From assembly GCA_030704615.1 (NCBI GenBank), contig CM060731.1:25606001-25670000 (forward strand): DNA of 64,000 nt. The letters are read 5' to 3'. How positions within the stretch are numbered: position 1 is the stretch's first letter; each line of letters begins with the position of its first letter. The notes beneath the pieces are model-generated. The model worked only from the letters and a program-made list of their open reading frames with translations, did no database searches and was not told where the DNA came from. A program made the translations under genes and the position numbers. Source of the stretch: Takakia lepidozioides (Eukaryota; Plantae; Bryophyta). Shown here piece after piece: positions 13,710-27,600 of this stretch.

Positions 13710-16700
13710 GTTTGGCGAGACTAAAATTTGTTCCTTAGTTAGTTAAGATGGAAGGCACATTTGCGGAAATGGTCGTCACATTGCAGAGTCTTCAATTCCA
13801 GATGCGAGAACTTCGTGCCTCTATTGCCCAACTACAAGCTGATAAGTCTCAAGATCTTGGTAACGCTCTTAACATTTGCAACAACAAATTTCAGAGTTGA
13901 AGGAGTCGAACAATAGATCTTCAACCTTACGAGCCCCTACTACAACAAATCATACTGCAACGGTTCCTCCAAATCTTCAACAAATTACAATGGAACCAAA
14001 AGTCAGCATGCTCGAGAAATTTGATGGGACGAGATCAAGATGTTTTGTTCAATACGTATGATTGTTCCTATGACTACATCCACAACGCTATCCTGATGAA
14101 GGTATTTAAGTGAGATTCGTGGGCACCCTTCTATTAGACACTGCCCTATCTTGGTTTGCATCGCTATTAGAGAAAAATTCGCATCTACTATACAATTTTG
14201 AAGCGTTCATGTCGGAGTTCACTGCAACGTTTGGAGAGAATAATAGAGAGAGAGTTAAATAGACAAAGATGCGAAATCTTCGACAATAAGCACTTCCAAC
14301 TTCCGTTTATGCTGCCGAATTTCGACATCTTACGTGTGATCTCGACTGGAATGAGAAGAGCCTCATTAGTCAGTTTCGATGTGACCTAAAAGAGGATATA
14401 AAATATTTGTTGCTGACAATGTCAAACGTGAGTACACTGAGCGAATTCATCACCCAAGTCATTATATGCGATAATCGTTTGTTCGAAAGACGTCAAGAGA
14501 AGCGATCTGGATAGTCGACGACGCACCATGCCGCTGCTACTACGGCACAGGCCGAAAATTTCTTCTTTACGAGCGTTAAATTGTGTTGTTTCGCAAAATA
14601 TTTGTCAATAAACACGCTGAAGCGCCCGAGTCCAAAAGTGATTCTATGGAGATATCTCGATTTTGCATCCTGATCTTTATTGGAACTGTGAAACAAGGTA
14701 CAGGGTCTGGAGGTAGAAAAAAACATTTTTTGGTGAGGAATTTGGGGTATCCAGCCGCATGGTCCTTAGTGTGACTGGACATCTTCGTTTTCCGACCTCC
14801 TCATATCGAACACTTGAGTTGTGCCCCAAGCTTTGTGATCATCTTCTCCGCAATAAAGGCATAATCCATTCGAGCGCTGTCTTTATGGTGTCAATGGCTT
14901 GAATCGGACAGTATCTGTCTGCATACGATCATTACCGGATGTGTGATGGATCGTTGATGGACGATATTGACCATGAAACTCGACCCCTTGAAGTGAAGCT
15001 TAAAAATCATGCATCACATATTGTTTTCAATGTCATCTAGTCTCCAACAAATCTTGTGATCCTTGGACTTTCCTGGTTTATACTTTATAATCCTGACATC
15101 GACTGGCGATCACAAAAAATTTCGGCAAGACAAAAATGCAAAATACCAAATGTATTCAACCTCTGTTTCTTGGAGCTAGAGCCTTCATGAGAGCTACGAA
15201 GAAAGACGCGACATTTGCACTTTATGCGACTCCAATCAAAACCACAACAGACCAAGGTACTTCGATGATGTATTCTAGAAAAAAAATGCAGACATGTTGC
15301 CAAAGCATCGATCTTATGATTGTGCAATTGAGTTACAAGAAGGAGCTCAACCACCATTCGGCCCGATCTACAATTTATCTCAGACGGAGCTGGCTGCTTT
15401 ATGCGAATGCATTGATGAAAATTTGTCAAAGAGTTTCATTCGACATTCGAAATCACCCGCGGGAGCACCTATCTTATTTGTGAAGAAAAAAGACGGATAA
15501 TTACGCATGTGTGTGAACTATTGTGGGCTCAACAAAGTCACTATAAAAAATCGTTACCCACTACCGCTGATTTCTGGACTCCTTGAACAACTTAGACGAG
15601 CAAAGATCGACTTGAGATAAGCTTACAACCTTGTATGAATAAAAGAAGGAGACGAATTAAAGATTGTTTTTCGCACAAGGTACGGACATTTCGAATACAG
15701 TGTTATGCCTTTCGGTCTTACAAATGCTCCAGCAATTTTTCAACACATGATGAATGACATATTTCGAGAATTTTTAGATGACTTTGTAGTCATCTATTTT
15801 GACGACATTTTGATATTTTCACAGAATGAAAAAGAACATGGTCGCCATGTACGCCTTGTCCTTGATAAATTGAGGGAAAAAAATGACTATATGCAAAGTT
15901 GGAAAAAATGTCTTTTCTACCAATTTGAAGTCGAATTTTTGGGCTACATTATTTCTGACAAATGAGTCTTTATGGATCAGAAGAAAATACAAACCATCAT
16001 CGAGTGGATTAAACCAACTATTGCACCATTGACACGACTCACAGGGAAAGACAAATTTGTATGGGACGAGAAGGCTGACCAAACATTTAAAAGGCTGAAG
16101 CACACATTTACAATGGCTCCAATACTGGTACATGCAGACCCATCTAAACCATTCTTTTTGGAAGCAGATGCATCGGACTTTGCACTTGGCGCGGTACTCT
16201 CTCATTACGGTACAGATGGCCGATTCTACCCTGTTGGTTTTCGTTCTCGCAAATTTTCTGCTGCGGAGCTCAATTGTGAAATCCATGACAAAGAACTTGT
16301 GGCGATTATTGATGCTTTTGAGGAGTGGCGTCATCTATTGGAGGGAGCTAAACATCAGGTCACTGTCCATACCGATCACAAAAACCTTGAGTATTTTATA
16401 AGTGCTCGTGTTTTGAATCGACGTCAAGCGAGATGGAGAATGTCACTAGCAAGGTTTGATTTTCTTATTATCTACCATCCCGGACATCTTCAAGGAAAAA
16501 CCAGATGTTATTTCTCGACGATCGTATCTTGCGCCAAAAGAAGGGGATGCAGCTTTTGACCAAAAGAAGTCCATCATCTTGAAACCAGCAAATTTCCAAT
16601 TGAAAATGCTATCCATGTTCACCTATGACGACATAGAGATCATAAAGGAGATTCAAGAAGCACTGAAGAGCGACCAAATTGTCACGACACTACGAAGTCA

Positions 16701-18239
16701 ACTAAATCGACCTCGAGACAACCCACATGTTACAAACGACTGCGAATTCAAAGATGACTTACTTTATTTCAAGGGACTTCTCTATGTACCTCCAGGACCT
16801 ACACGACTTCGAATTCTTCAAACATGTCATGATCTTCCGGCTGCAGGACATTTCGGCTTCAACAAAACAATGGAATTTATATCCAGGGACTATTGGTGGC
16901 CGTAGGAGTGGAAACTCGTGAAAGAATTGGTAAAATTTTGTGACACATGTACTATGGCGAAGGGACCACGACATCGACCTTACGGCCTTCTTCAACCATT
17001 ACCCATTCCCAAGGGTCCATGGTCGTCCTTGTCTATGGACTTTATTACGGACCTTCCAATTTCCAAGACCACCGACTCAATCCTTGTTATTGTGGGTTGT
17101 TTTACGAAGATGACACATTTCATTCCATGTAATAAGACGGTTACTGGCGAGGAAACTGCAAGACTCTTCCTCAATAATATCTACCGCATTCATGGACTCC
17201 CGAAGAACATCGTATCTAATCGAGGACCACAGTTCATATCAAATTTCTGGAGGGGATTATTTCACATATTGGATACTAAGATCAACCTCTCTACAGCTAA
17301 TCATTCACAGACTGATGGTCAAACCGAACGCGTAAACCAGATTTTGGAGCAATATCTTCGTTGTACGATAAATTATCACCAAGATAATTGGACAGACCTT
17401 TTGTCATTAGCTGAGTTTGCCTACAACAACACTATGCATTCTTTGACTAAGCAAACTCTATTTTTCTCCAATTATGGTCATCATCCACGAGCAAACCTTT
17501 TCCACATGAAAACTGTTGGAAGCCCTGCTGCAGAAAACCTTGCTACTCATCTTGCTACAATTCACAAGGAGCTTACATTCCGCCTCGCGGAAGCTCAAAA
17601 ACAATACAAGGAGTTCGTAGATCAACGTCGTCAACTCCTACCCCAGTTCAAGGTTGGAGATCATGTGTGGCTTCTTCGACGGGACATACAAACCTCGCGA
17701 CCATCAACAAAGTTGGATTATCAACGCCTAGGACCATTCAAAATTATTCGACAAATAAATCATGTCAGTTTTCGGCTTGAACTCCCACGAAGTATGCGCA
17801 TCCATCCAGTCTTTCATGTTTCATTATTGGAGTTGTATCATCCATCGAATATTCCAGGGAGAGTCTCCGTACCACCTCCACCAATCGACGTCAATCAAGA
17901 AATCGAGTATGAAGTGGACGAAGTCCTATACTCTCGCATCAAGTATAAATGTCTTGACTATTTCGAACATTCGAAAGGCTACGACATCAACGAACGAATA
18001 TGGGAACCTTCATCCAATCTCGCCAATGCATCTGACAAAGTCCAAGGGTTTCATCAACGATATCCAGCTAAGCCCCGAGCTACACGTCAATAAGATGTCA
18101 CAATGATGATGTCAGTCAAGTTAGCTTCAAGGTGAAGACTCCACATTCAGTGTACCTGATACACACTAAGAAGGAAGGAACATCACACATCAATATATAT
18201 AGCTACACTTCCAGCACTCTTGCATCTTGTATTGGCAGC

Positions 18240-18641
18240 ATGGAGTCACAGGAACCAGATACATTGGAGTTGTCGCTTATCCAACTACCAGACCAGCCAT
18301 TCCGACTCTCACGACCTTCAACATCACGCCGACACTCTCGAGACAATGGGCCACCAATGCGACGCGTACTTCCTCGTCTGGACCCTGTACGACGGCAAGT
18401 GGAGCTTATTCGAAGTCTGATAATTCTATTGGAGGTTGAGGCTTCGGACCCAGATGACAACGAAATCATGTTTGAAGGCAACTTCGAAAATCAGAATGCT
18501 CAAATCACTACATGGTCCCAAGTTCAAGTTGTTGGACACTATCGACGGTTGCAAGGACCTATAAATCATTTGAGCCAAGAACGAAGAGCAGAATATTTGG
18601 CAACTACCATTCGTCGGATTTTGGATTTTCTCCAACTCTAA
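18240..18641 (+). CDS. Additional uninterrupted 133-aa ORF between pol and the 3' LTR; function unknown
   Basis: Open frame MESQEPD..ILDFLQL*, ending just before the PPT. No domain recognised. Confidence 0.4.
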   Translation: MESQEPDTLELSLIQLPDQPFRLSRPSTSRRHSRDNGPPMRRVLPRLDPVRRQVELIRSLIILLEVEASDPDDNEIMFEGNFENQNAQITTWSQVQVVGHYRRLQGPINHLSQERRAEYLATTIRRILDFLQL

Positions 18642-18696
18642 GCAAGTCCAAGATTTTACCGCTCCTCGAAGAACTCAGCGCTAGATGAGGGGGTGA

Positions 18697-19335
18697 TGTT
18701 ATGGACATAGCACAGAGGAACTTACCGGGAGTAAATACCAGAAGTTATCAAGTTACCATGTTATCGGAAGTTATCATGACTTACCGTGATTTATCATGAT
18801 CTACCATGATTTACCATTACTTACCAAGTTACCGGGAGTTTATCAAATTACCAAGAGTAACTTAGGAAACTGCTCAGGAAGCTTCATTTGGAGGAAACTT
18901 CTCCATCAAGATACCTCATTTGTTTAAGGAAGCTTCTCTTTTGTTTAATCTTGGAAACTTCTCCATCAAGAAACCTCTATAGATGAAACTTCTTAAGGAA
19001 CTTCTTAGTAGCTAGTATATATAGAAGACGAGACTGGACACTCTTCAGTCTTGCCAACACAAGTTCAAACTACTCTTGTTTCCAGTCCCAGTACTCCAGT
19101 TCAGCTTCCAATACTCTAGCCCAGTTTCCAATATCTGGCACTCTAGTCCAGTTTCCAGCATTCCAGTATTCAAGCCGAGTTTCAGTATCTTGTACTCTTG
19201 TCCATTGTTATAAAGATCATCTTGTTTCATGTTTATCCATCACGCATTCGGCTACTCCGACCTTGACTTCTTATCTAGTCATGTACCTCTAGTCTGATCT
19301 CTTGTTTGTGTTCAGTCATGTTCTCGTCTTTGACA
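18697..19335 (+). repeat. 3' LTR
   Basis: TGTTATGGACATAG..CTTTGACA, colinear with the 5' LTR apart from substitutions and indels. Confidence 0.92.
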
Positions 19336-22300
19336 ACTTCTACACCTGGTCCAATTTCTGCCAATACTAGGTCAGCTTCAATTTTCACTCTCACATAAAG
19401 TGACCATGCTCACAATCGAGATGGGAACATACAACCTTCCTCCGCACCTATGTTGGGTCAAATCGCTTCTGCCCTCAGACAAAATGGTCAAATTCTTTGT
19501 CAAGGGGCTATCAAATATTGCCAATGGCCATAGCCCTTCTACCTCCTTCGATGCTCATTAATGTCTCATCCTGGAACATCAGAGGAATGGGGCAAGACCC
19601 ATCCTCCCTTAAAAGAGTTCGCTTAGCATGCTGGTTAGCCCCCCTCCAAAAACAGGAAACCATTATCTCCCTTCAGAAACATAAGCAAGACCAAGCAAAA
19701 ATAGACAACCTCTCAGACCACCTATGGCCAAAGGCCCAAGCTTTATAGGCTCCCACCTCCACTGGAACAAGGGGTGGAACAGCCATACTCCTATCACCAA
19801 CCATTCACCCCCTGCTGACCTTACAAGAAGTCTGGGCTCCAGGGAGAGTACAATTTTGTACTTTAGCATTACCCAACAATGTAGGAGCATTAGGCCTCGT
19901 GAACATCTACGCACCGAACGACAATCAGGAATGATCAGAGTTATGGGATCTCGTTGACTCCAAATGAGGGACCATAACACCATAGATCAATGGTTGTTGG
20001 GGGATAACTTCAACATGGTGGAGGCGCCTGAGGACCGAAGAGGAGCAACCTCAATCAACTCTGGATCTGAAGATCTCCAGCGATGGCTCAACCTGTCACA
20101 AAACCATAGTTTGGTGGAAATCATCTCTGACCCATTAGACAACTAGCACTCTCAGAACCCTTACGTTACCTAGTCAAACAACAGAGACTTACCCAACCTG
20201 CAGATGGCTCGACTAAAGAGATTCTACTCCTCAATGCAAATAGTTCAATGGATGTCTAGATTGCCTCAACAACCAATATCCCAAGGCTTCGATCATGCAG
20301 AAGTATCAGCGATAGTTAAAATCCCCATAAACCACAAAAGAGGGAAGGGTGTGTACAAACTAAATGCATCCCTCCTAGCTATCCCGGAATTCAAATCACC
20401 CAAAAAATCGCGACTCTTTCAAAATGTCTTAAGGTATGCCAAATAAGGATGGAGAGTCCACGCTGTGACGAGCATACTTTCCTGACCTACAGAGAGGCCA
20501 TGTTCAACATGGAGCACTTCCAGAACCTTAATGATGAAAAGCTTAAGTTGCAAGTTGGCATCAACTGGGCTACGAAAGGCGAGAAAATGACCAAGTATTT
20601 TTTCAACAAAACAAGGTAGAAAAGAGCAGCACAAACCATTTCAAGCCTAAAAGAAAAAACAATCCCTCGATCTCTCAGATATCCAAACCCAATGCCTGGC
20701 ACAAACACCCGGCACACTGGTTACACCAGTCATGGCGCAATATCTGGAAGGCCCATTTACTGAGACGGAGCTTCATGAGGCTCTACTCAAACTCCAAAAT
20801 GGAAAATCCCCCGGAATAGATGGTATGCTAGTAGAATTTTACAAGGCTTTAGGGGATTATATCTCTAAGGACTTTACTGTAATGACAAACCATATCTACT
20901 AGCAAAAATACATGCCCCCACCATTGATGCAAGGGGTAATTATTCTTCTCTCAAGAAGGGGGACTGTACAAACATAGCCAACTACAGACCTATTACGCTG
21001 CTTAACGTTGCCTATAAAATTATAGCAAAAGCGTTGGCTAGGCGTCTCCAACCACTCTTGCCTACCATCATCAGACCTGGCCAAACAGGATTGATCAAGG
21101 GACGGTATATCCTGGATAATCTTTTGCTAGATGCTAAGGGCATTTCAAGGGTATCTGATATCTGGAGCCAAGGTTGCTTCTTGTCCAAGCAAACAATCTG
21201 CAACATCGTAGGAAAAGTGAGAGCCAACCATGGGTTCCAAACCTTGCTGCAATCTATTCCTCCCTTGTGGTCGGATATCCTCAAAGGAGGGCCCTCAATA
21301 CCATCCACCAACTACTGGACTCTGATGATTCATAACAACCACTAACCATTATCTTTGTTGTTACCTCCAATTGACAACTCATAGAAGGCTTCTCGTTTCA
21401 TATAAACACCATCACTATGAACCTTTCCATCCAAAACACCACCATCCAGACCTTTCCACGCCATGTTCACACCCCAGTCTCCATCTGATGTTGGTCATCA
21501 ACAAAAAAAGAAATTAACTCTATACCACCGCTAAATCATTCTCTTTTCTCCTGGCTATCCTCCAACCGCTTCATTTCGATCCTAGGCAGACCCCTCCATG
21601 ACTTGGACATGGACCCGAAAGAATGGTCCTAGAAAATATCTAGGGCTCCAGAACATTTTTTTTCCCACCCCACGAAAAAAGGATACTTAGCCCTTAACCG
21701 CTTCTCTCATATGCTAGGCAAATGGAACGGAAGATGGAATCACATGGGATTTGACAATGAAAGCTGGGATACAATATGGAGATGCATATGGAAGAAGAAC
21801 AGACCTGCAAAGCTATCAGCTTTTATGTGGTAGATAGCCAATAGAGTGTTGAAAGTGGGCGAATGGTTGGGGTTTGATACTGCCCTGCACTGTAAATGCT
21901 ACAATGCAACTATCATAGAGTCCCAAGAGCACTGCTTGCTTCACTGCACAACACCATCAATCATTTGGCCACTTGTAAAAACATTCTACCGCACCTGGGA
22001 CAACCACCACTTAGGGCCTACTGCCATCAATTATGACATAGCTACAAAGCACAATGCAAGCCATTGCCCGATGCTTGATGCCCTAATAACAGCTACACTC
22101 TGGCACTTATGGAGGGCAAGATGCAAGCGAACTTTTGATGGAACCACTTGCTCTGTCTACTCTCTTGTCGGCTATGTATTATGACATGCTAATAGAAGCG
22201 AGGAGGGCCTGGATCAAACTAAATGTTGTCATTAAAAGAAATGCTCGTAATGCAGATCAGTTACACCTCGCCTTCGCAACCACATGGGCCCATTAGGGCA

Positions 22301-23676
22301 TCATTTGCACAAGCAATTCTACACACCACTGCGACTAGAACAAACATCCTCCGCTAGCATGGTGCAACATCGCTTCATCAATCCAGTGCATCGCCAGAAT
22401 GTGACAGGGACAGGGACGTCAACTGGAAACATGTCAAGGAAGCTCCCAAGCCGTCCAGGCTCCACTTCCGTTGAATTTCTAGAATCTTCATTGCACAGGA
22501 TCGGATACGATGCAATCTCTCTAATAGTGCAGGGCCTCACATTCGGGGGGCTAGAAGGATTTTTGGGAATAGGAAAATTAGAAGGTTAGCCTCAATAAAC
22601 TTTCGGAATATATTGTCAGATGCATTTGTTAGCCAGAAATGCTCTTATTCCGCAAGGAGTAGATAGGATCCAACATTCAATGACATCGGTGTGTGTGCCT
22701 CATGGCCCTTACAAGGGTTTTAATTTTTTTCCCTCTAAATAATCTATAATAACCACAGGGCTACTACCCCTTTAATTTTTTAATTTTTTTTTTTAAAGAA
22801 AAGAAAAAAGAGGCCCTTCTTTATATATTGTTGAGTGAGATGTCATGTGAATAGTATATTGTAATGTACCATATCACTATTTGTTCTTTGATCGTTTTTG
22901 GGGTGCGGCAAGGCCCAGAACTTTCTATCGCATTACTGGAGGGAAAAATCAACCCCTGATAGAAACCATAAGGCACACACACTGCTGTGGTGAGGGGACC
23001 AGTCAAGATCGAGGGGACCAGTGGATCCAGGAACCAGCAACAAGGAAGAACCATCCTAAGAACCAAAATGCACCCCCAAAGGAGGGCCGAAAGGCGCAGT
23101 ATACTGCAAAGAACCAAGACACAAGCTAACAAAATGAAGGAACAATTAAAGAGTCCAGGGTTTGAGGAATACAGTGTTTAAAAGGTTCAATTACCCCATA
23201 GAAGATGGATTGTGTAGGAATTGATTCAAATCAGAGACTAATTTACCTCTCTATCCATGGGCAGAAATCAAATGAGTATCACCAACACTACTTGATTATT
23301 TTTTCCATGGTCTTGGATGCGTTTTCAATGATTTACTAGTGCGTCAAACCACCACATTACCTTCACTAAAATAAGAGCGAGAATGGTTAAGCCCTTCTGT
23401 ATCTCAACATGTTGGCCACTAATTTGTTAACAACTTTTTCAAGCTCAGTGATAACTGTACAAGGGTAATTTCACTAGCTGATTGGTACTGTGTATCCAAA
23501 AAGACACTTTTCCTTTGGAAGTCAGGATAGATACCCAACAACAGAAGCAACACCTCTCGAAGTCCTCCTCCTTCAGGAATCCCAAAAAATTATTCAGCTA
23601 CTACACAGAGCACTTATGACTGCTGACCACCCACTCCCCTTTTCACATGGTTGTTTGCTGTACAACTTTATTATTC

Positions 23677-24587
23677 TCAAACCTTGATGGGCTCCACGCC
23701 CTCAGGTATAAGAACAGATGATCCTGTGGTCTTGCGACTCTCCAAATCCTCATGTGCTTTGGCTGCGTCTGAAAGAAAGTAAGTCTGGTTCGTCCGAATC
23801 TTGAGTATGCCCGCTGCCACTGCCGCAAAGACCTCCCCTGCTGTTGAGAGAAGATCATCCCGGGCCAGGACATAATGAAAAAGTGAAGGCCGGGTCATAA
23901 AGAGTGACCTAGTTGCCAAAGCTGAAGTGGGCACTGGATCTGGTGGCCCAGATGACTGTCCAAAACTCACAAGGTAGCCCCGAATGGCTAGGCACTCCAA
24001 AGATCCCTGCATGTTCGGGAAGAACCATATTAGATTGAAGTCGCAGCCTCATTTTTGCCAGTGAACCCCAAAGGTGTAGTCATAAGAAGTTGTTTGCCGT
24101 AGACTTGTGGCCATTGGCCCCGCGCCCAGTTTGGGTGGAACACAAAGGGACAGAAACTACCTTTGTCAGGGGCTGACGCCGGTAGTATGACTCACCTTGA
24201 AACATGGAATTGATCCAAGGTTTTCCAGATATCCTCTAGAAATCCCTTCACACAAACATCAATCGGCTGTGTGTGATCTGCCCAATAACTAGACCCCAAA
24301 AGGGCCTGGGCTTTTGGCTCAGCCTCAAGTTTTCAAAGTTGGTAAAGAGAGGTACAGGAACAATTCCCTTGATGGATTTGAAGAGGGTGTGAGAGTACCC
24401 AGGACAATGCATCAGAAAGTCGATATTGTCTTCAGATCCCCACACAACGGGCATTTGCAATCCCCCTTTCCTCTCTGCGTCTGATTGCTGTTCAAAGGTA
24501 GAGAACGTACTCATAAGATGTTGTTTGCCGTAGCCTTGTGGCCATTGACCCCGCACCCAGTTTGGGCGGAACACAAAGGGTTCAAAG

Positions 24588-24625
<38 letters not shown>

Positions 24626-27600
24626 CTCTACTGGCTATGGGCGAAACATCAGCTGCAAATTTTTGGCTTACCTGAAGAGTATCCTTGCCAACAGAATCGT
24701 AAACAACCTGGACACCTGCGCCACTCGTGACCTCTTTCACCTTCTCCACAAAATTCTCTTCGGAGTATATGATGACATGGTGGGCACCATCCTCTTTGGC
24801 CTGAGCGGCTTTCTCTTTGTTTGAGACTGCGGCAATCACAGTCGCGCCAATGCTACTGGCCCACTGAACCAGTAGTGAACCAACTCCACCAGCTGCTGCA
24901 TGGACCAATATTTTGTGCCCTGGTTCAACCTGCAGAAACACAATCTCAGTGAAGTATTCGATCTACCGCATATCCTTCAGCTGCTTGAGAATGAACATAG
25001 AAAGCTTCGACTATTCAGCCAAAAACAGGCACTGAACCCTATTACAAGTACAACTCACATGACACACATGGCTGTCATTGTGCTGCCAGTTACACCATAC
25101 AGAGAAGAATGTTAAAGGAAAACAGAATGAAAATGAACATTATAATGTCTCAGAGCACAAGTGAACGCAACAGAACTCTGGAGATAGAGAGAGAAACTTC
25201 TAACTTCCAGGTGAAGCCACAGAGCTTATGGGTCAAAGCGCAGCACAAACGAAGAAATTAGCAATAGGAAACCAGGTCACCATCCCAGCTCACAAATGGA
25301 CTCTAATGGTAAGCTGCCGAGCATTTCTGGTCTTTAAGACATAATGCCTCTGTCAGGGATGAACAGCCTCTTGAGACACTGTTCCAAGGCTAGCAGTTAT
25401 GGAGGAAGATTTGAAGGCCACTGAGTTGCATCGCTTTGAGGCCATCACTTTGCTTGGAATCCCCATGGTGATATAAGCCTGGTCTTAGGAGCATGGTCTT
25501 TCCAATACCAATCAATCCAACTGCAGCCAACAAGTCGAGATAGAGAACCTTGAAGCATTTCCGAAGTAAAACTTGAGCTGTCATTCCCTTGAGGATGATG
25601 GCAGCAGCTGTGACATCATCTATGTCCTTTGGAATCGTGACAAGTTTGTGAGCGGGAATAATCCTTTCTTCAGTGTAGGCACCAAGCGAACCTGTGTGCC
25701 ATCAGCCTCCAGAGAATGTACTCATAAGATGTTGTTTGCCGTAGCTTTGTGGCCATAGACCCTGCCCCCAGTTTTTGGGGGAACAAGAGGGAACAGACAC
25801 TACCTTTGTGAGGGGCTCACTCCGGCAGTGGGACTTTCTTTCTCATAAGCAATTATTTTGGGCTTCCAATATTTTCTCTAGAAAGACGTACACACAAGCT
25901 GTGTGTGAGCTGCCCAGCCTTCACAGAGTCGACCAATAACAACATCCAGTTGGTTACTTTTGAATTTTTATTTCTACTTGAGTGTAAGCAAAAGATTGAG
26001 TATTTCGCCAAATGTTTTTGTAATACGAAGGTGCTACGCAGCAAAATAGGTCAGCCCCTGAAAATTTTGCAACAAAACTCTTCAAGATGCCTTCAAGGTT
26101 GCAGACATATCATAAGACCAGATGTTGTGGCAGCTCCTTCAAGTTTTTCATAATGCTAAAAGGAACTCACAAGCTCCAGTATTTGTTTTAATGTTAAGTG
26201 CAGGTTAAGGCCTGATACTGTGTTGAAATTACCCGCATATGCAACTCTGTCTCCAACTTTCCGCCCTGTCAATCCTGGACCGACTGCTGTCACCACCCCT
26301 GCAGCTTCCATTCCTTATCCACCAGAGCCACAGTAAACTTTCATGAAAAAAATTGTAAGGAAGACACAACAGGAGAAAACTCTTCCTCTCAACCCTATGG
26401 CATTTCTGCCCTCTGCAATCCACTAGCAGGGTCTTCTCCCAGAGTATGCAACTCAGTCCGATATTGTCATTGAGCACACACAGCTGGCAACAATCGGATT
26501 TTCGAGGGAACTGAGTGCAAATTTCAGGGCTGTCATGGTGAACGCATGCCTTCCCATCACTGTGACAAGCCCTCTGCCACTGGTACACATGTTATTGTGG
26601 TCAGTTACACTGTAGGGACCAGATTACCTAAAAATTATCTACAGGTTTTCCTAGAGCAAGGTGAAGGTAGAATACCAGGAATGAACGGAGTGTCAGTCTT
26701 GTAGGCACCCTTGCGGAAGTAGACATCAATGAAATTGAGACCAATGGCATTCTGCTTGACTCGCACTTCACCGTCCCCAGGCTCCCCAACTTCTATGTCC
26801 TCCCATTTCAGCACCTGTTCTCACACATATTGGATTTGTATTGTATTCACTACTGAGACATCTAAAGGTAAGTGGTTTTCTTGGAAGCCTTTGAGTAAAA
26901 GCTTGACCGATCAGTCCCACCTGAGAGACAGAGAGAAAGAAGAAAGAAATGAAATGAAAGACTTTATAATGTCAACGGGAAGCTTAAGTGCTTATGGGAC
27001 AATAGAAAGCAGGATAAGAAAGTGGGGTCCTCAACAAGGTGGAGAGCCTAGTGTAGATCAAAACAACGAAAATCAACTTCAAGAGATTCTCTAAGGTGGA
27101 GAGCCTAGTGTAGATATACAGCCAAGCAATACTGAAAGACCTCAGTGAAGCATTGGCTATCCTGGAATAGACAAAAGAATCGACCCAAATCTCCATAGAA
27201 GAGAGCCCAGTAAAAGAAGAATGTTCTTCGGTCTTAATCTCTCATCTTCCTAGTGCAAGCAGGCCACAAACAGTCATGCTCCAAACTGTCTCCTCAACCT
27301 GCAGGCTGTGCTAGCACACCCGCCCGAAGTCTCTTTAATAGCCCTTTTAGGTCCTTCGGGATCAGGAAAATCCAGTTCAGAGCGTTCACATGGAAGAGCG
27401 CAGATAGAACTGCAGACAAGTAAATGGGCTGTAAGATTATATTACCGCGAAGGACTAGAAGGTGTCGTGGTAAAACTGCAGCTTTCTTATAGGGGTGTCT
27501 GATTTGAAGTTCCACCAGCTAACATGATAGTTGCGATCATGTTTGGAAGAAATATACAGCAACAGACAGTCCGTGTCATTCAGACCTCAGCATAGCAACA

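Larger units (their letters stand above)
13139..19335 (+). mobile_element. Ty3/gypsy chromovirus (Tcn1/Tf1-like) LTR retrotransposon, full-length but degenerate
   Basis: TG..CA LTRs at 13139-13709 and 18697-19335; TSD ACTTA/ACTTC; PPT at ~18683-18696. Coding remnants: gag, protease, RT ([18 protein letters not shown]), RNase H (EADASDFALGAVL), integrase (SMDFITDLP, TDGQTERVNQ), GPF and a chromodomain (YEVDEVL..WEPSSNL). Confidence 0.95.
10371..22810 (+). mobile_element. Decayed L1-clade LINE, split by an LTR retrotransposon insertion
   Basis: ORF1 fragments include a zinc knuckle CFNCGRQGH (~11610). ORF2 has endonuclease motifs SWNIRG, LLGDNFN and GFDH, RT N-terminal motifs (PGIDG, YRPITLLN..YKIIAK, PGQTG..KGRYILDN) and a C-terminal CxxC..ESQEHCLLHC. 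An A-rich tail lies at ~22795-22810. The 5' boundary is approximate. Confidence 0.85.

Noticed and set aside
10343-22830. GGCCCTT-containing flanks as the LINE TSD
   Set aside because: Only ~7 bp match exactly, too weak to fix the 5' boundary.
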